The notes below the pieces were generated by a model. That model made no database searches and had not been told where the DNA came from. It saw nothing but the letters and a program-made list of their open reading frames with translations. Below, in pieces: positions 45,365 through 57,546 of a stretch of 64,000 bases of DNA. The stretch lies in contig JBGAJW010000008.1 in NCBI GenBank assembly GCA_044224725.1, positions 26,136 through 90,135 on the forward strand, read 5' to 3'. This DNA comes from Flavobacteriales bacterium (GTDB lineage: Bacteria; Bacteroidota; Bacteroidia; Flavobacteriales_F; PHOS-HE28). The position numbers and the translations under genes were made by a program. Each line of letters begins with the position of its first letter. The first letter of the stretch is position 1.

Positions 45365-46522
45365 TCACTCGAGCCAGCTCTTGTAATACTTGCCGTCGTC
45401 GATCTTCATACACTCCTCAGTGACCATGAGTGGCTTGAAGGTGTCGACCATCACGGCCAGTTCGTCCGTTGCTTTCTTTCCGATGCTGCGCTCCATGGCA
45501 CCGGGGTGTGGCCCGTGCGGGATGCCGGCGGGGTGCAAGCTGATATGGCCCGGACCGATGTCGTTGCGGCTCATGAAGTCGCCGGCCACGTAGTACAGCA
45601 CCTCGTCGCTGTCGATGTTGCTGTGGTTGTAGGGTGCGGGGATCGCCTGCGGATGGTAGTCGTACAAACGCGGAACGAAGCTGCACACCACGAAAGCATC
45701 CGTCTCGAAGGTCTGGTGGATCGGCGGCGGCAGGTGCACGCGACCGGTGATCGGCTCGAAGTCGTGGATGCTGAAGGCGTACGGGTAGTTGTAGCCGTCC
45801 CAGCCCACCACATCGAACGGGTGCGAGGCATACACGAACTCGTGCAACAGGCCTTGCTTCTTCACCTTGATCACAAAGCTGCCCTTCTCATCGTGCGTTT
45901 CCAGCTTCTTCGGGCGGCGGATGTCGCGCTCGCAGAACGGCGAGTGCTCCAGCAATTGCCCGAACCAGTTGCGGTAGCGCTTCGGCGTGTACATCGGCCG
46001 ATGACTTTCCACGATGAAGAGGCGGTTGTCCGCGTCCTTGAATTCCATCGTGTAGATCATCCCGCGCGGGATCATCAGGTAGTCGCCGTAGCTGAAATCG
46101 ATGTTGCCGAGGAAGGTGCGCAGTGTGCCGCTGCCCTTGTGGGCGAAGATCATCTCATCGCAGTCGGCGTTCTTGTAGAAGTAGTCCACGCTCTTCGCTT
46201 GCGGCGCAGCGAGCACGATGGCGCAGTCGCTGTTCACGAGCATGGTCTTGCGCGCGGCCAAGTGGTCCTTCTCGGGCTTGGTCTTGAAGCCATGCAAGCG
46301 CAATGAGCGCATGTTCTTCTCCACTGCGATCTTGGGCGAAACATCCTTCGCTTTCCGCAGCTCCTTCACCATCGTGGGCCGATGTGTGTGGTAGCTGAGC
46401 GTGCTCATGCCATCAAAGCCCACCGTGCCGAAGAGCTGCTCATAGAAGAAGCGGTCCTTGCCGTTCTTGAAGACGGTGTGCCGCTTGTGCGGGATCTTGC
46501 CGAGGGTGTGGTAGATGGGCAT
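45365..46522 (-). CDS. hmgA: Homogentisate 1,2-dioxygenase
   Basis: YKNADCDE, VVGWDG, PYNHSNIDSDEV, HPAGIPHGP, LAVMVDT; adjacent to hppD. Confidence 0.93.
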   Translation of the reverse strand: MPIYHTLGKIPHKRHTVFKNGKDRFFYEQLFGTVGFDGMSTLSYHTHRPTMVKELRKAKDVSPKIAVEKNMRSLRLHGFKTKPEKDHLAARKTMLVNSDCAIVLAAPQAKSVDYFYKNADCDEMIFAHKGSGTLRTFLGNIDFSYGDYLMIPRGMIYTMEFKDADNRLFIVESHRPMYTPKRYRNWFGQLLEHSPFCERDIRRPKKLETHDEKGSFVIKVKKQGLLHEFVYASHPFDVVGWDGYNYPYAFSIHDFEPITGRVHLPPPIHQTFETDAFVVCSFVPRLYDYHPQAIPAPYNHSNIDSDEVLYYVAGDFMSRNDIGPGHISLHPAGIPHGPHPGAMERSIGKKATDELAVMVDTFKPLMVTEECMKIDDGKYYKSWLE

Positions 46523-46531
46523 GGGTTCAGT

Positions 46532-47671
46532 TCACTGTGGAGCGCGAATTTTCGCGGCCGTACCGATCGCACCGCTGATCGTTGTCAGCTCGGGATGGAG
46601 CGTGCCGGTCGAACGCAGGAGTTCTTCCTCCTCGCGGATGCGCTGGCGCAAGCCCTCGGGATCGCTGATGGCCTTGGTCTTCGTGCTTCGGGTGCTGCGG
46701 CCTTTGCGCCAGGCTCGTTGCACTTCTTCGGGAAGCAGGTGGATCTCCCGGCAACCCGGGGAGCAGCATTCGGCATATTTCTCCGCGCAGGAGTCGCACT
46801 GTACGAGCAGCATGTTGCAGGTCACCTCTTGGCAGTTGCTGATACGGTCGCTCTTTGTGCCGCATTGCATGCAGGTGCTCACCACGTCGTCGGTGATGCG
46901 CTCCGCGAGGCGCTCATCGAACACGAAGTTCTGGCCTTTGTACTTGCTCGCCAGTCCTTGCGCTTTTATCTGCCGCGCGTAGTCGATGATGCCGCCGTGC
47001 AATTGGCCCACGTTCGCAAAGCCTTCATGCTTCAGGTAGGCGCTGGCCTTCTCGCAACGGATGCCTCCGGTGCAGTAGAGCAGCACCTCAGCGTCCTTCT
47101 TCTCCTTCATCGCCTCCTTCACCTCTTCGATCGCGCCACGGAACGTATCCGCTTTCGGCAAGTACGCGCCTTCGAAGTAGCCGATCGCGCTCTCGTAGTT
47201 GTTGCGCATGTCGATCACCAGCGCGCCTTCTTCCATCTTCTGATTGAAAGCCGCAGCATCGAGGTGCGTTCCGACGTTCGTCACGTCGAAGGCATCATCG
47301 GCCAAACCATCCGCCACGATCTTCTTCTTCACCTTGATCGCCAGCTTCAGGAAGCTCTTGCCATCATCCTCCACCGCGATCTTCCATGGCACGTTCCTGA
47401 AGGCCTCACGCGCATCGAGCGCGGCGCGGAACACGGCCAGGTTCGAGGTCGGCAAGCTCACCTGGGCGTTGATGCCCTCTTGGGAGATGTAGATGCGGCC
47501 TAGAACACCCAAGGATTCCCACTCGGCGTACAGCTCATGGCGCAGATCCACCACTTGGGCCAGCCGCACATAGCGATAGAAGGAAAGGGTGGTGCGTGGC
47601 ACGCCCTCGCGCTCCAGACGGGCACGGAGGATATCCGGGCTCAGGAGGTTGCGGAGGCGGTGGGTTTCCAC
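46532..47671 (-). CDS. trhO: Rhodanese-domain tRNA uridine(34) hydroxylase (TrhO/YceA)
   Basis: GRIYISQEGINAQ, DMRNNYE, YCTGGIRCEKAS, GGII.Y, FVFDER. Confidence 0.9.
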   Translation of the reverse strand: METHRLRNLLSPDILRARLEREGVPRTTLSFYRYVRLAQVVDLRHELYAEWESLGVLGRIYISQEGINAQVSLPTSNLAVFRAALDAREAFRNVPWKIAVEDDGKSFLKLAIKVKKKIVADGLADDAFDVTNVGTHLDAAAFNQKMEEGALVIDMRNNYESAIGYFEGAYLPKADTFRGAIEEVKEAMKEKKDAEVLLYCTGGIRCEKASAYLKHEGFANVGQLHGGIIDYARQIKAQGLASKYKGQNFVFDERLAERITDDVVSTCMQCGTKSDRISNCQEVTCNMLLVQCDSCAEKYAECCSPGCREIHLLPEEVQRAWRKGRSTRSTKTKAISDPEGLRQRIREEEELLRSTGTLHPELTTISGAIGTAAKIRAPQ

Positions 47672-47759
47672 GTCGCGAAAGTACGGCAGGCCCGCTGGCT
47701 GCGCGGCCGCGAATAGATTTGGCGCTCGCCTTCGCCCTGTCGGCTTCGGCGGTCAAAGC

Positions 47760-48767
47760 ATGACCAACCGCACCTCCGCGTCCGCTACGGCGGGCAATAG
47801 GAAGATCCTCGTCATCGGCTCCTCCGGCCAGATCGGCACCGAGCTCGTTGAGGGCCTGCGCGCCCGCTTCGGCAATGAGAACGTCGTCGCCTCCGACATC
47901 AAGGAACCCCAAGCCAAACAGGACGGCCCCTTCGCCATGGTGGACGCCATGGACCGCCGGGGTATCGAGCGCATCCTCGACAAGCACGGCATTACCGAGG
48001 TGTACCTGCTCGCGGCCCTGCTGAGTGCTACGGCGGAGAAGGACCCCGCCTTCGCGTGGAAGCTGAACATGGAGAGCCTGCTGATCGTGCTGGAGCTGGC
48101 GCGGGAAGGCAAGTTGAAGAAGGTGTACTGGCCCAGCAGCATCGCGGTGTTCGGTCCCACCACACCGAAGGACATGACCCCGCAGCGCACGGTGACGGAG
48201 CCGACCACGGTGTATGGCATCAGCAAATTGGCCGGTGAAGGGTGGTGCCAGTACTACCACCAGCGCTACGGTGTGGATGTGCGCAGCATCCGCTATCCGG
48301 GTCTCATCGGCTGGAAAAGCGCCCCGGGTGGCGGAACAACGGACTATGCGGTACACATCTTCCACGAAGCCATCAAGAGCGGCGCATACACCAGCTTCCT
48401 CGGCCCGAAGAGCACCTTGCCGATGATGTACATGCCCGACGCCATCCGGGCCACGATCGACCTGATGGAAGCACCCGTCGAGAAGGTGAAAGTGCGTACG
48501 AGCTACAACTTGGCCGGCATGAGCTTCGACCCCGAACAGATCGCGGCGGAAGTCGAACGCCATGTGCCCGGACTGAAGATGAGCTATGCACCGGACCAGC
48601 GTCAGGCCTACGCCGATTCCTGGCCGCGAAGCATCGACGATTCCGCCGCGCGCGCGGATTGGGGCTGGAAGCCACAGTTCGACCTGAAGGCGATGGTGGA
48701 CGACATGATGGTCCATCTGAAGCCGATGATTGAGCGGGCTGATGGGGCTGGCGTGCGCAACCCGTGA
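47760..48767 (+). CDS. NAD-dependent epimerase/dehydratase (L-threonine 3-dehydrogenase, SDR type)
   Basis: GSSGQIG, PSSIAVFG, YGISK, PGGGTTDYA, LPMMYMPD. Confidence 0.9.
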   Translation: MTNRTSASATAGNRKILVIGSSGQIGTELVEGLRARFGNENVVASDIKEPQAKQDGPFAMVDAMDRRGIERILDKHGITEVYLLAALLSATAEKDPAFAWKLNMESLLIVLELAREGKLKKVYWPSSIAVFGPTTPKDMTPQRTVTEPTTVYGISKLAGEGWCQYYHQRYGVDVRSIRYPGLIGWKSAPGGGTTDYAVHIFHEAIKSGAYTSFLGPKSTLPMMYMPDAIRATIDLMEAPVEKVKVRTSYNLAGMSFDPEQIAAEVERHVPGLKMSYAPDQRQAYADSWPRSIDDSAARADWGWKPQFDLKAMVDDMMVHLKPMIERADGAGVRNP

Positions 48768-48809
48768 CCGGACTTTTGCGTTTCGCGGGTGCGATCACGC
48801 ACGTCTTCC

Positions 48810-49715
48810 ATGAACTCCCGCTGGAACGCCCTGCTTCCCGTTTGCTTCCTCCTGTTGCTTTCCTTGGGCCAAGCCGCCCGTGCCCAGGCCAATCGTGGGC
48901 AAGTCGATACACTGAACGTACTCGACGAGATGGGACGCAAGCAGGGCTGGTGGCGTATCACCGCACCGAAAGAGGACAAGCCTGGCTACACGGACGGCCA
49001 GTTGATCGAGGAAGGGCGCTACAACAACAGCAAGCGCACGGGCCTTTGGAAGCGCTATTGGCCCAGTGGCAAGCTGATGAGCGAGATCAACTACCGCATG
49101 GGCCGTCCCACCGGTGAGTACACCACCTATTACCCCGACGGCAAGACCGAGGAGAAAGGCACTTGGGACCTGGACCGCAACACGGGCATTTTCAAGCGCT
49201 GGCATCCCAATGGACAGCTCGCGCAGGACTTCCTCTTCAACGATTACGGCGTGCGCAACGGCGTGCAGAAGTACTACCACGAGAACGGCCAGCTCGAAGT
49301 GGAGGTGAACATCAAGGAGGGCAAGGAGGACGGCACATTGAAGCGCTACTACGCCAACGGGGACCTTCAACAGGTGGCCGAGTTCAATGGAGGGGTCATC
49401 AACGCTTCCAACAGCAAATACATCAAGCCGGTCCATAAGGTGGAAGCGCCCAAGCCCGACGCTACCGCCAAGCCCGCACCCGAGCGCAAGGCGGAAGAGG
49501 TGACCAACGCCGTGGCCTTCCGGGAGAACGGCTTCAACACGCTCTATGACCGCCAACTCCGGCTCTCACAACAGGGCGAGTTCAAGTCGGGCAAGCTCTG
49601 GAACGGCAAGTACTACCGATACAACGGGGCGGGTGAACTGTACCGCATCGAGGTGTACCAGGATGGCCGCTTCGCCGGTACCGCGGTGATCACGGAGGAG
49701 GATAAGGCGCACTGA
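48810..49715 (+). CDS. MORN-variant repeat protein (YwqK-like), exported
   Basis: Repeated GxWxxYYxNGxL motifs; signal peptide ARA|Q. Confidence 0.85.
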   Translation: MNSRWNALLPVCFLLLLSLGQAARAQANRGQVDTLNVLDEMGRKQGWWRITAPKEDKPGYTDGQLIEEGRYNNSKRTGLWKRYWPSGKLMSEINYRMGRPTGEYTTYYPDGKTEEKGTWDLDRNTGIFKRWHPNGQLAQDFLFNDYGVRNGVQKYYHENGQLEVEVNIKEGKEDGTLKRYYANGDLQQVAEFNGGVINASNSKYIKPVHKVEAPKPDATAKPAPERKAEEVTNAVAFRENGFNTLYDRQLRLSQQGEFKSGKLWNGKYYRYNGAGELYRIEVYQDGRFAGTAVITEEDKAH

Positions 49716-49718
49716 TCC

Positions 49719-51255
<1,537 letters not shown>

Positions 51256-51272
51256 ACCTCAGTCAACTGAAT

Positions 51273-51306
51273 TGAAGAAGCCCCGGCGTGAGTCGGGGCT
51301 TCTTCA
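51273..51306. terminator. Bidirectional intrinsic terminator
   Basis: TGAAGAAGCCCCG...CGGGGCTTCTTCA between convergent genes. Confidence 0.85.
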
Positions 51307-51323
51307 TTACGGATCGGCTGAAC

Positions 51324-52391
51324 TCAATGCAGTATGACGAAGCGTCCGGTGCGCATCCCTTTGCTACCGACAACGCTGAACGAATACATACCGGACATCC
51401 AAGCGCGCACGTCGAATTCCGCTTGGACGGCAGATGAACGCTCGGAATCGACCTCGCGGCCAAGCTCGTCCACGACCCTGATCATCGCGTTGGTCTCATC
51501 AGCCGAAAGAGGAATGAATACCCGATCGCTCGCGGGTACCGGGAATGGGAGGGTGGTGTTGGCCCTCGGCGATGTGAGCTCACTGACCACCGTCGTGAAG
51601 CCGCCATCCGCCATCACGGAACGCGCCTGGTAGATCTCGCCTTGGTATTCGCTCACGAAAGCCACGACCTCACAATTCGCGATGTCCCATGCCTCCGGGA
51701 CCATGTACGTGTAGGTGCGGGACACGAGTGTCCCTTGCGTCGTTGCGGTCACCTCATCTCCCCAGAGGTCGGTGATGTACGCTCGAAGGATGTTGTTGTG
51801 GTCGTACGCGGCTTGCGCACCGTTGATATAGTCCTGCTGGTAGCCGATCAGGTGGTTCTCCTTCAGCAAGACGCTGATGCGATCGTTACCGCCGGGGCCG
51901 TCCCCGGTATAGAAGAGCTCGACATCGACCGTGAGCGTGCGCGGGCCTGGTTCGAAGGTGCTAGCGAGTCCAATGTTCACCGGTGACGGCAGCGCCAATG
52001 CACTATTGATGGCGTTCGCCCACGCACTGGTGCTTACGACCACGTTGCCGGAGACCGGGATGCGATCGATCGCCCCTCGCGGTTGCGAATTCACCCCGTA
52101 GAACGACCAGAGTCCGCTGGCCCACTGGTTCTGGAAGTCGGGTTGGTCGCCGCTGGGGATCGCCAACCCGCCGCCATGCACTTCCACCGCGACAAAGCGC
52201 GATGGGTACTGTTGAGCCCAAGAAGCGGACAGCGCGTGCGCGGCCGGGCAATTTCCGCAGTTCACGGCGGAGTACTCTTCCAGCAGCACGGTGCGACTTT
52301 GGGGTTGGTCACTCACCAAGGTCTGGGCATGAAGGGGGAAGGCCAAGAGCAAAAAGGGGAGCATTGCGCACTTCATGGACAAGGTTTTCAT
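51324..52391 (-). CDS. Omp28-related thioredoxin-like protein with T9SS type A CTD
   Basis: VLLEEYSAVNCGNCP, YDHNNILR; CTD FPVPA...GMYS...RFVILH. Confidence 0.88.
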   Translation of the reverse strand: MKTLSMKCAMLPFLLLAFPLHAQTLVSDQPQSRTVLLEEYSAVNCGNCPAAHALSASWAQQYPSRFVAVEVHGGGLAIPSGDQPDFQNQWASGLWSFYGVNSQPRGAIDRIPVSGNVVVSTSAWANAINSALALPSPVNIGLASTFEPGPRTLTVDVELFYTGDGPGGNDRISVLLKENHLIGYQQDYINGAQAAYDHNNILRAYITDLWGDEVTATTQGTLVSRTYTYMVPEAWDIANCEVVAFVSEYQGEIYQARSVMADGGFTTVVSELTSPRANTTLPFPVPASDRVFIPLSADETNAMIRVVDELGREVDSERSSAVQAEFDVRAWMSGMYSFSVVGSKGMRTGRFVILH

Positions 52392-52523
52392 GCCGCGAAG
52401 GAAGCGTGATCATGCCGCTGGACTTGTCGCGGCACAGACGTTCCCGCAGGATCCCGATCCATGGGGTATCAAGGTTGAACCGCTTGTCCCCAACCGGTAG
52501 TTTCGTGGCCCTTCCCCCCCGAC

Positions 52524-55500
52524 ATGTCCCGTATCATCTCCTTCTCCCTCGTCGCTCTGCTGTCAGCATCCTCCCTTTTCGCCCAGAAGCGAACGGGGGC
52601 ATTGCCAGCGACCGTCAGGGAAGGTCTGCTTTCCGAAAACTACCTGCCCGAGGACCTCGCCGATCTGGTCGTGCAGGACGACTACCGCACCGACCACAAC
52701 GGCTTGCGCCACCTGTTCCTGCGTCAGCGCTGGCAAGGCATCGAGGTATGGAACGGGGACATCGCCGTTCACGTTGGTTCGGGCGGGGAGGTGGTGAAGG
52801 TGAACAACGGCACATGGAGCCGTATGGCGAAACGGGTGAATGCAACGACCCCGATGATCACTGCGGAAGATGCGATGACCGCTGTGCTGCGGGTCAACGG
52901 GATCACGGACACACCAGTATCAGTCGGCTACAATGCGGCTGAGCAGGAATACGTGTTCACAGGCACCGCATTCAGCGACGAACCGGTACGGGTGAAGCTC
53001 TTCTTCCAACCGGTGGGCGACAAGTTGCGGCTCGCTTGGAACGTGAGCCACTACACCCCGGATGGCACGCACTGGTGGAACGTGCGTATCGACGCGCTCA
53101 CCGGACAGGAACTGGACCGCAACGACTGGGTGGTCAGTTGTGGAGCGGACCATGCGCATGGGGAAGAGGCCGCACCCGCGCCTGCCGCACCGGACGACTA
53201 CAACGTGCTGCCCTGGCCGGTGGAAAGTCCGATCCACGGTTCACGGGCACTCCGCAACGCTCCCTGGACCGATGGCGGTATCGCCTCGCCCTACGGTTGG
53301 CACGATACCAATGGTGTGGCCGGTGCCGAATACACCACCACGCGCGGCAACAACGTGCTCGCCGTTGAAGATGCCGACAATAACAACACGCCCGGCTACG
53401 GCCCCACCAGCGCCACGCTCGATTTCGATTTTCCGCTGAACCTCACCCTTGCGCCTTCCGGCTACCAGGACGCCGCCATCACCAACCTGTTCTACTGGAA
53501 CAACCTGATGCACGACGTGTGGTACCAGTACGGGTTCGATGAGCCGGCCGGGAATTTCCAGAGCAACAACTACGGCCGAGGTGGGGCGGGGAACGACTTC
53601 GTGAACGCCGATGCGCAGGACGGCAGCGGGACCGACAACGCCAACTTCGGGACGCCACCGGACGGCAGCAGCCCGCGCATGCAGATGTACCGCTGGACCT
53701 ACACCACACCGAATCGCGACAGCGATCTGGACAACGGGGTCATCGCGCACGAGTACACCCACGGCATAAGCAATCGCTTGGTGGGAGGACCGTCGAATAC
53801 CAGTTGCTTGGGCAATGCCGAGCAGATGGGCGAGGGTTGGAGCGATTACTTCGGTCTGATGATGACGATGGAGGCGGGCGACCTCGGCACGGATGCGCGC
53901 GGTATCGGTACGTACGTGATCGGCCAACCGGTCACCGGTGGCGGCATCCGCCCGGCTCCGTACAGCACGGACTTCGGAGTGAACAGCTACACCTACGCCA
54001 ATACGAACAGCGGCGTGAGCCAGCCGCATGGCATCGGTTTCGTGTGGTGTACGATGCTCTGGGAAATGACCTGGGAACTGATCAACGTCTATGGTTTCGA
54101 CCCGGACATCTACAACGGCACCGGCGGCAACAACATCGCCATGCAACTGGTGGTCGATGGTTTGAAGCTCACACCGTGCAACCCCGGTTTCGTGGATGGT
54201 CGCGATGCCATACTTGCTGCTGATGTCGCCAACAACGCCGGGGCGAACCAGGCGTACATCTGGGCCGCCTTCGCACGGCGTGGCCTCGGGGTGAGCGCAA
54301 ACCAAGGATCCTCCAACAGCCGCAGCGACCAGACCGAGGCCTTCAACACGCCCGTTGCCAATGACATCGCCATCGCGACCATCGTGGAACCGGTCGCCGA
54401 TCTGCTCTTCGAATGCAGCAGTACGCCGTTCACCGTCCGCGCTTCGGTCCGGAATGATGGCCAACTTCCCCAGTCCAACTTCCCGGTGAGCTACCAGCTC
54501 GATGCGGGTACGATCATCACCGAGACCTTCCTCGGAACGCTCACCAGCGGGCAGTCAACGGTCCACACGTTCGCAACGCCGCTCACCGTTTCGGGCGTGG
54601 GGAACCACACATTGGTGGTATCGGCGGCACTCGCCGGGGATGGCTATGCGCCGAACAACAGCAAGAGCACCGTGCTGAACGTGAACAGTGGGACCCCGGC
54701 CGGGATGCCGTTCGCCGAAGGGGTGAATGCCGGTGTCGTCGCGCCAACGGGTTGGACCTTGCAGAATCCCGACAACGCCACCACATGGACCGTATACAAC
54801 GCGGCGAACGGTCCAGCATGTGCCGCCTCGAACGCATGGCGGATCGACAACTACTCCTACAACGCGCCGGGCCAAGTGGACCGCCTGGTCACGCCGATGA
54901 TCGATCTGGGCGGCAACGCGGATGTACACCTGCATTTCGACCACAGCTACGCGCCCTATTCGTCGAGCTACAATGATGCCCTGCGCGTAGAGGTCAGTGA
55001 CAACTGTGGCGCGAGCTGGACGCAGATCTTTTATGCCGTCGGTTCAGGATTGGCCACCACGGCGGCCACCACATCGGGATATGTGCCGTCCAACTGCTCG
55101 CAATGGCTGGCGCACGATATCAACCTCAGCGCCTACGATGGTCGGACGATCCTGTTGCGTTTCACCAACGTGAATGACTACGGCAACTACCTCTACTTGG
55201 ACAATGTGTCGCTCACCCAGAACGGCCTGAAGCTCGCCGTGAAGCTCATGCTCGAGGGGCCATACGAGAGTGCCACGAACCGGATGCGCGATGACCTGCG
55301 GGCCGCTGCGCTCATTCCGACAACGGAGCCGTACACAGCGCTCGGCTTCACGCAAGCCAGCGACGGCGGCGGCGAGACATTGATGCCTTCCGCGCTCACG
55401 ACCACCGGTGACAACGCGATCGTGGACTGGGTGCTTGTTGAGCTCCGCGACGCCTTGACGCCGACAACGATCGTGGCCACCCGCGCCGCTTTGCTGCAAC

Positions 55501-55970
55501 GCGACGGGGATGTGGTGGACATCAACGGTTATTCGACGATCGCACTGCTCGCGCCATCCGGTGATAGCTACCACCTGGCCGTGCGTCACCGCAACCACCT
55601 CGGGGCGATGCTCGGGGTGCCCACGGGCCTCAGTACGAACCTGCTCACGGGCGTGGATCTCACTGACCCGCTGCTGCCCACCTACGGCACGGATGCCCGC
55701 AAGACCATCGGCGGAACCGCCGTTCTATGGACCGGAAACGCGTTGCGCGATGCCCAAGTGAAGTACACAGGCAGCTCGAACGACCGTGATCCCATCCTTG
55801 TAACCGTGGGAAGCACGACGCCCAATAACACCATCAACGGCTACTTGGACACGGATACCAACCTGGATGGCACGGTGAAGTATACCGGCAGCGGGAATGA
55901 CCGCGATCCGATCCTCATCGGCGTGGGCAGCACAACTCCCAACAACGTGCGCGTGGAGCAGCTTCCGTGA
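52524..55970 (+). CDS. M36 (fungalysin) metallopeptidase with accessory C-terminal domains
   Basis: FTP/PepSY-like propeptide; NLFYWNNLMHD, AHEYTHGISNRL, MGEGWSD and AFARRGLG motifs. Confidence 0.93.
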   Translation: MSRIISFSLVALLSASSLFAQKRTGALPATVREGLLSENYLPEDLADLVVQDDYRTDHNGLRHLFLRQRWQGIEVWNGDIAVHVGSGGEVVKVNNGTWSRMAKRVNATTPMITAEDAMTAVLRVNGITDTPVSVGYNAAEQEYVFTGTAFSDEPVRVKLFFQPVGDKLRLAWNVSHYTPDGTHWWNVRIDALTGQELDRNDWVVSCGADHAHGEEAAPAPAAPDDYNVLPWPVESPIHGSRALRNAPWTDGGIASPYGWHDTNGVAGAEYTTTRGNNVLAVEDADNNNTPGYGPTSATLDFDFPLNLTLAPSGYQDAAITNLFYWNNLMHDVWYQYGFDEPAGNFQSNNYGRGGAGNDFVNADAQDGSGTDNANFGTPPDGSSPRMQMYRWTYTTPNRDSDLDNGVIAHEYTHGISNRLVGGPSNTSCLGNAEQMGEGWSDYFGLMMTMEAGDLGTDARGIGTYVIGQPVTGGGIRPAPYSTDFGVNSYTYANTNSGVSQPHGIGFVWCTMLWEMTWELINVYGFDPDIYNGTGGNNIAMQLVVDGLKLTPCNPGFVDGRDAILAADVANNAGANQAYIWAAFARRGLGVSANQGSSNSRSDQTEAFNTPVANDIAIATIVEPVADLLFECSSTPFTVRASVRNDGQLPQSNFPVSYQLDAGTIITETFLGTLTSGQSTVHTFATPLTVSGVGNHTLVVSAALAGDGYAPNNSKSTVLNVNSGTPAGMPFAEGVNAGVVAPTGWTLQNPDNATTWTVYNAANGPACAASNAWRIDNYSYNAPGQVDRLVTPMIDLGGNADVHLHFDHSYAPYSSSYNDALRVEVSDNCGASWTQIFYAVGSGLATTAATTSGYVPSNCSQWLAHDINLSAYDGRTILLRFTNVNDYGNYLYLDNVSLTQNGLKLAVKLMLEGPYESATNRMRDDLRAAALIPTTEPYTALGFTQASDGGGETLMPSALTTTGDNAIVDWVLVELRDALTPTTIVATRAALLQRDGDVVDINGYSTIALLAPSGDSYHLAVRHRNHLGAMLGVPTGLSTNLLTGVDLTDPLLPTYGTDARKTIGGTAVLWTGNALRDAQVKYTGSSNDRDPILVTVGSTTPNNTINGYLDTDTNLDGTVKYTGSGNDRDPILIGVGSTTPNNVRVEQLP

Positions 55971-55984
55971 TCGTTGCGTCACCC

Positions 55985-56020
55985 AATGAAGAACCCCGCT
56001 GGAAGGCGGGGTTCTTCATT
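55985..56020. terminator. Bidirectional intrinsic terminator
   Basis: AATGAAGAACCCCGC...GCGGGGTTCTTCATT. Confidence 0.88.
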
Positions 56021-56035
56021 CACGGGATGGCTTGT

Positions 56036-56446
56036 TCAGCAGAACTCCTCGAAGGCCATCGTCAAATGGTCCCCGATCATCTGCGCGGTGCGGCCCTCGA
56101 TGTGGTGGCGCTCCACGAAATGCACCAGCTTGCCGTCCTTGAACAGCGCGATGCTCGGGCTGCTGGGCGGGTAGGGCAGGAAGTGCTGCCGTGCACGGAT
56201 CACCGCATCGGTGTCCACGCCGGCGAACACGGTAACCAGCTTGTCCGGGCGCTTGGTGCCGGTGAGCGAATGCTTCACGCCGGGGCGCATGGCACCGGCG
56301 GCGCAACCGCAAACGCTGTTCACCACGCACATGACCGTGCCCGGTGAGGCCAGCACCTTGTCCACTTGTTCAGGGGTCTTCAGTTCCTCGAAACCGACGT
56401 TCACGAGGTCGGCCGCCATCGGGGCGACGAGTTCAGGGGGATACAT
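56036..56446 (-). CDS. BrxA/BrxB (YphP) family bacilliredoxin
   Basis: MYPPELVAPM, NSVCGCAAG, TVFAGVD, PPSSPSIALFK, ERHHIEG. Confidence 0.93.
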   Translation of the reverse strand: MYPPELVAPMAADLVNVGFEELKTPEQVDKVLASPGTVMCVVNSVCGCAAGAMRPGVKHSLTGTKRPDKLVTVFAGVDTDAVIRARQHFLPYPPSSPSIALFKDGKLVHFVERHHIEGRTAQMIGDHLTMAFEEFC

Positions 56447-56573
56447 GGTCGTTGGTTGGTGGTCGTTTGTTGTTGGTGCCAGCATGCACTACAACCACGG
56501 GGCAAAAGTACGGAGGTCATGGGCGGTCGGCTTCAACTGCCTTAATCCCGGTGACGATGCCCGTCACTTCCGA

Positions 56574-57500
56574 TCAGCGTTGAACACAGAACAAGGTCCT
56601 TGCCCGATACAGCCCGGCTTGGGCACGCACGGTGTACACACCAGGTACAAGGTCATGGATATCAAGCTGCTGGTTCGCGGAGGAGAGCATGGTCCCCTGT
56701 CGCACCACGGCACCACGCCCGTCAAGGACATCGAAGTTTCCAGAGGGCATTGGTGTGCTGCCCCAGTTCAATGTGATTCGGTCCGAAGCTGGAACGGGAA
56801 AGACGCTTAGGCTCTCGGCAGTGTTCTCCTCAACGCCACCGCCGCAAATGCTGACCCCAGCGCGGATGTTGTCGATCATCCAACCGTCGCGACCGTCCAC
56901 GTTGGCCTGTGACCTGAAAACGAAGCGCAGCCGCATTTCAGGTTCGTACCAGCGGGCGTCCGTCTCCTCATGTCCAGCGAAGACCCCCATGCACGGTGAT
57001 TCCAGCCATACCTCCTGCCATGCGGAGGACGTGTCGGACCAAGCGTAACCGCTTCCATCACTGTACATGCCCATGCCGTCCACGAACGCACCTTCATCCC
57101 AGTTGGTGCCATAGCGCACCCATTGGGAGGCCCAAGGGATGTACACCTCGACCCATGCAGTGTCTGTTTGCGACATGTCCAAGCGTTGCTGGAAGAGCAC
57201 GCTTCGACCGAGGAAGTTGAGGTCTGTGCTGATCAGGGTGAACTCCGCGTAACACGTGGTGCTGTCAGGGTAAGGCAGGAGGGTGTCCGTCACCAAGGCC
57301 CTGCCAGGGGAGTATGCGCTGGTGAATTCCTGTTTGGAAGGCATGCCGACCTGCCAACATCCTTCAGGGTACACGCTGTCCAATTGAAGGTTGTCGCTAG
57401 CATCATCGAAGAACATGTGCAGTGAATCTCCCGGAGCTTGGGCGAGCATTTGGGCCGACATGGACAAGAGTGCGATGGAAAGGGTAGCGGTTGTTCTCAT
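56574..57500 (-). CDS. T9SS type A CTD secreted protein
   Basis: Signal peptide; DGWMIDNI; CTD VFPVPASD...LVPGVYTV. Confidence 0.82.
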   Translation of the reverse strand: MRTTATLSIALLSMSAQMLAQAPGDSLHMFFDDASDNLQLDSVYPEGCWQVGMPSKQEFTSAYSPGRALVTDTLLPYPDSTTCYAEFTLISTDLNFLGRSVLFQQRLDMSQTDTAWVEVYIPWASQWVRYGTNWDEGAFVDGMGMYSDGSGYAWSDTSSAWQEVWLESPCMGVFAGHEETDARWYEPEMRLRFVFRSQANVDGRDGWMIDNIRAGVSICGGGVEENTAESLSVFPVPASDRITLNWGSTPMPSGNFDVLDGRGAVVRQGTMLSSANQQLDIHDLVPGVYTVRAQAGLYRARTLFCVQR

Positions 57501-57546
57501 GTGAGCGGTTTTGAAGAGAAGACCCGCCCAACGATGATACCGCTGC

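Noticed and set aside
48810-49715. Toxin-antitoxin system from the YwqK-like label
   Set aside because: No adjacent toxin; exported MORN-variant proteins are common in Bacteroidota.
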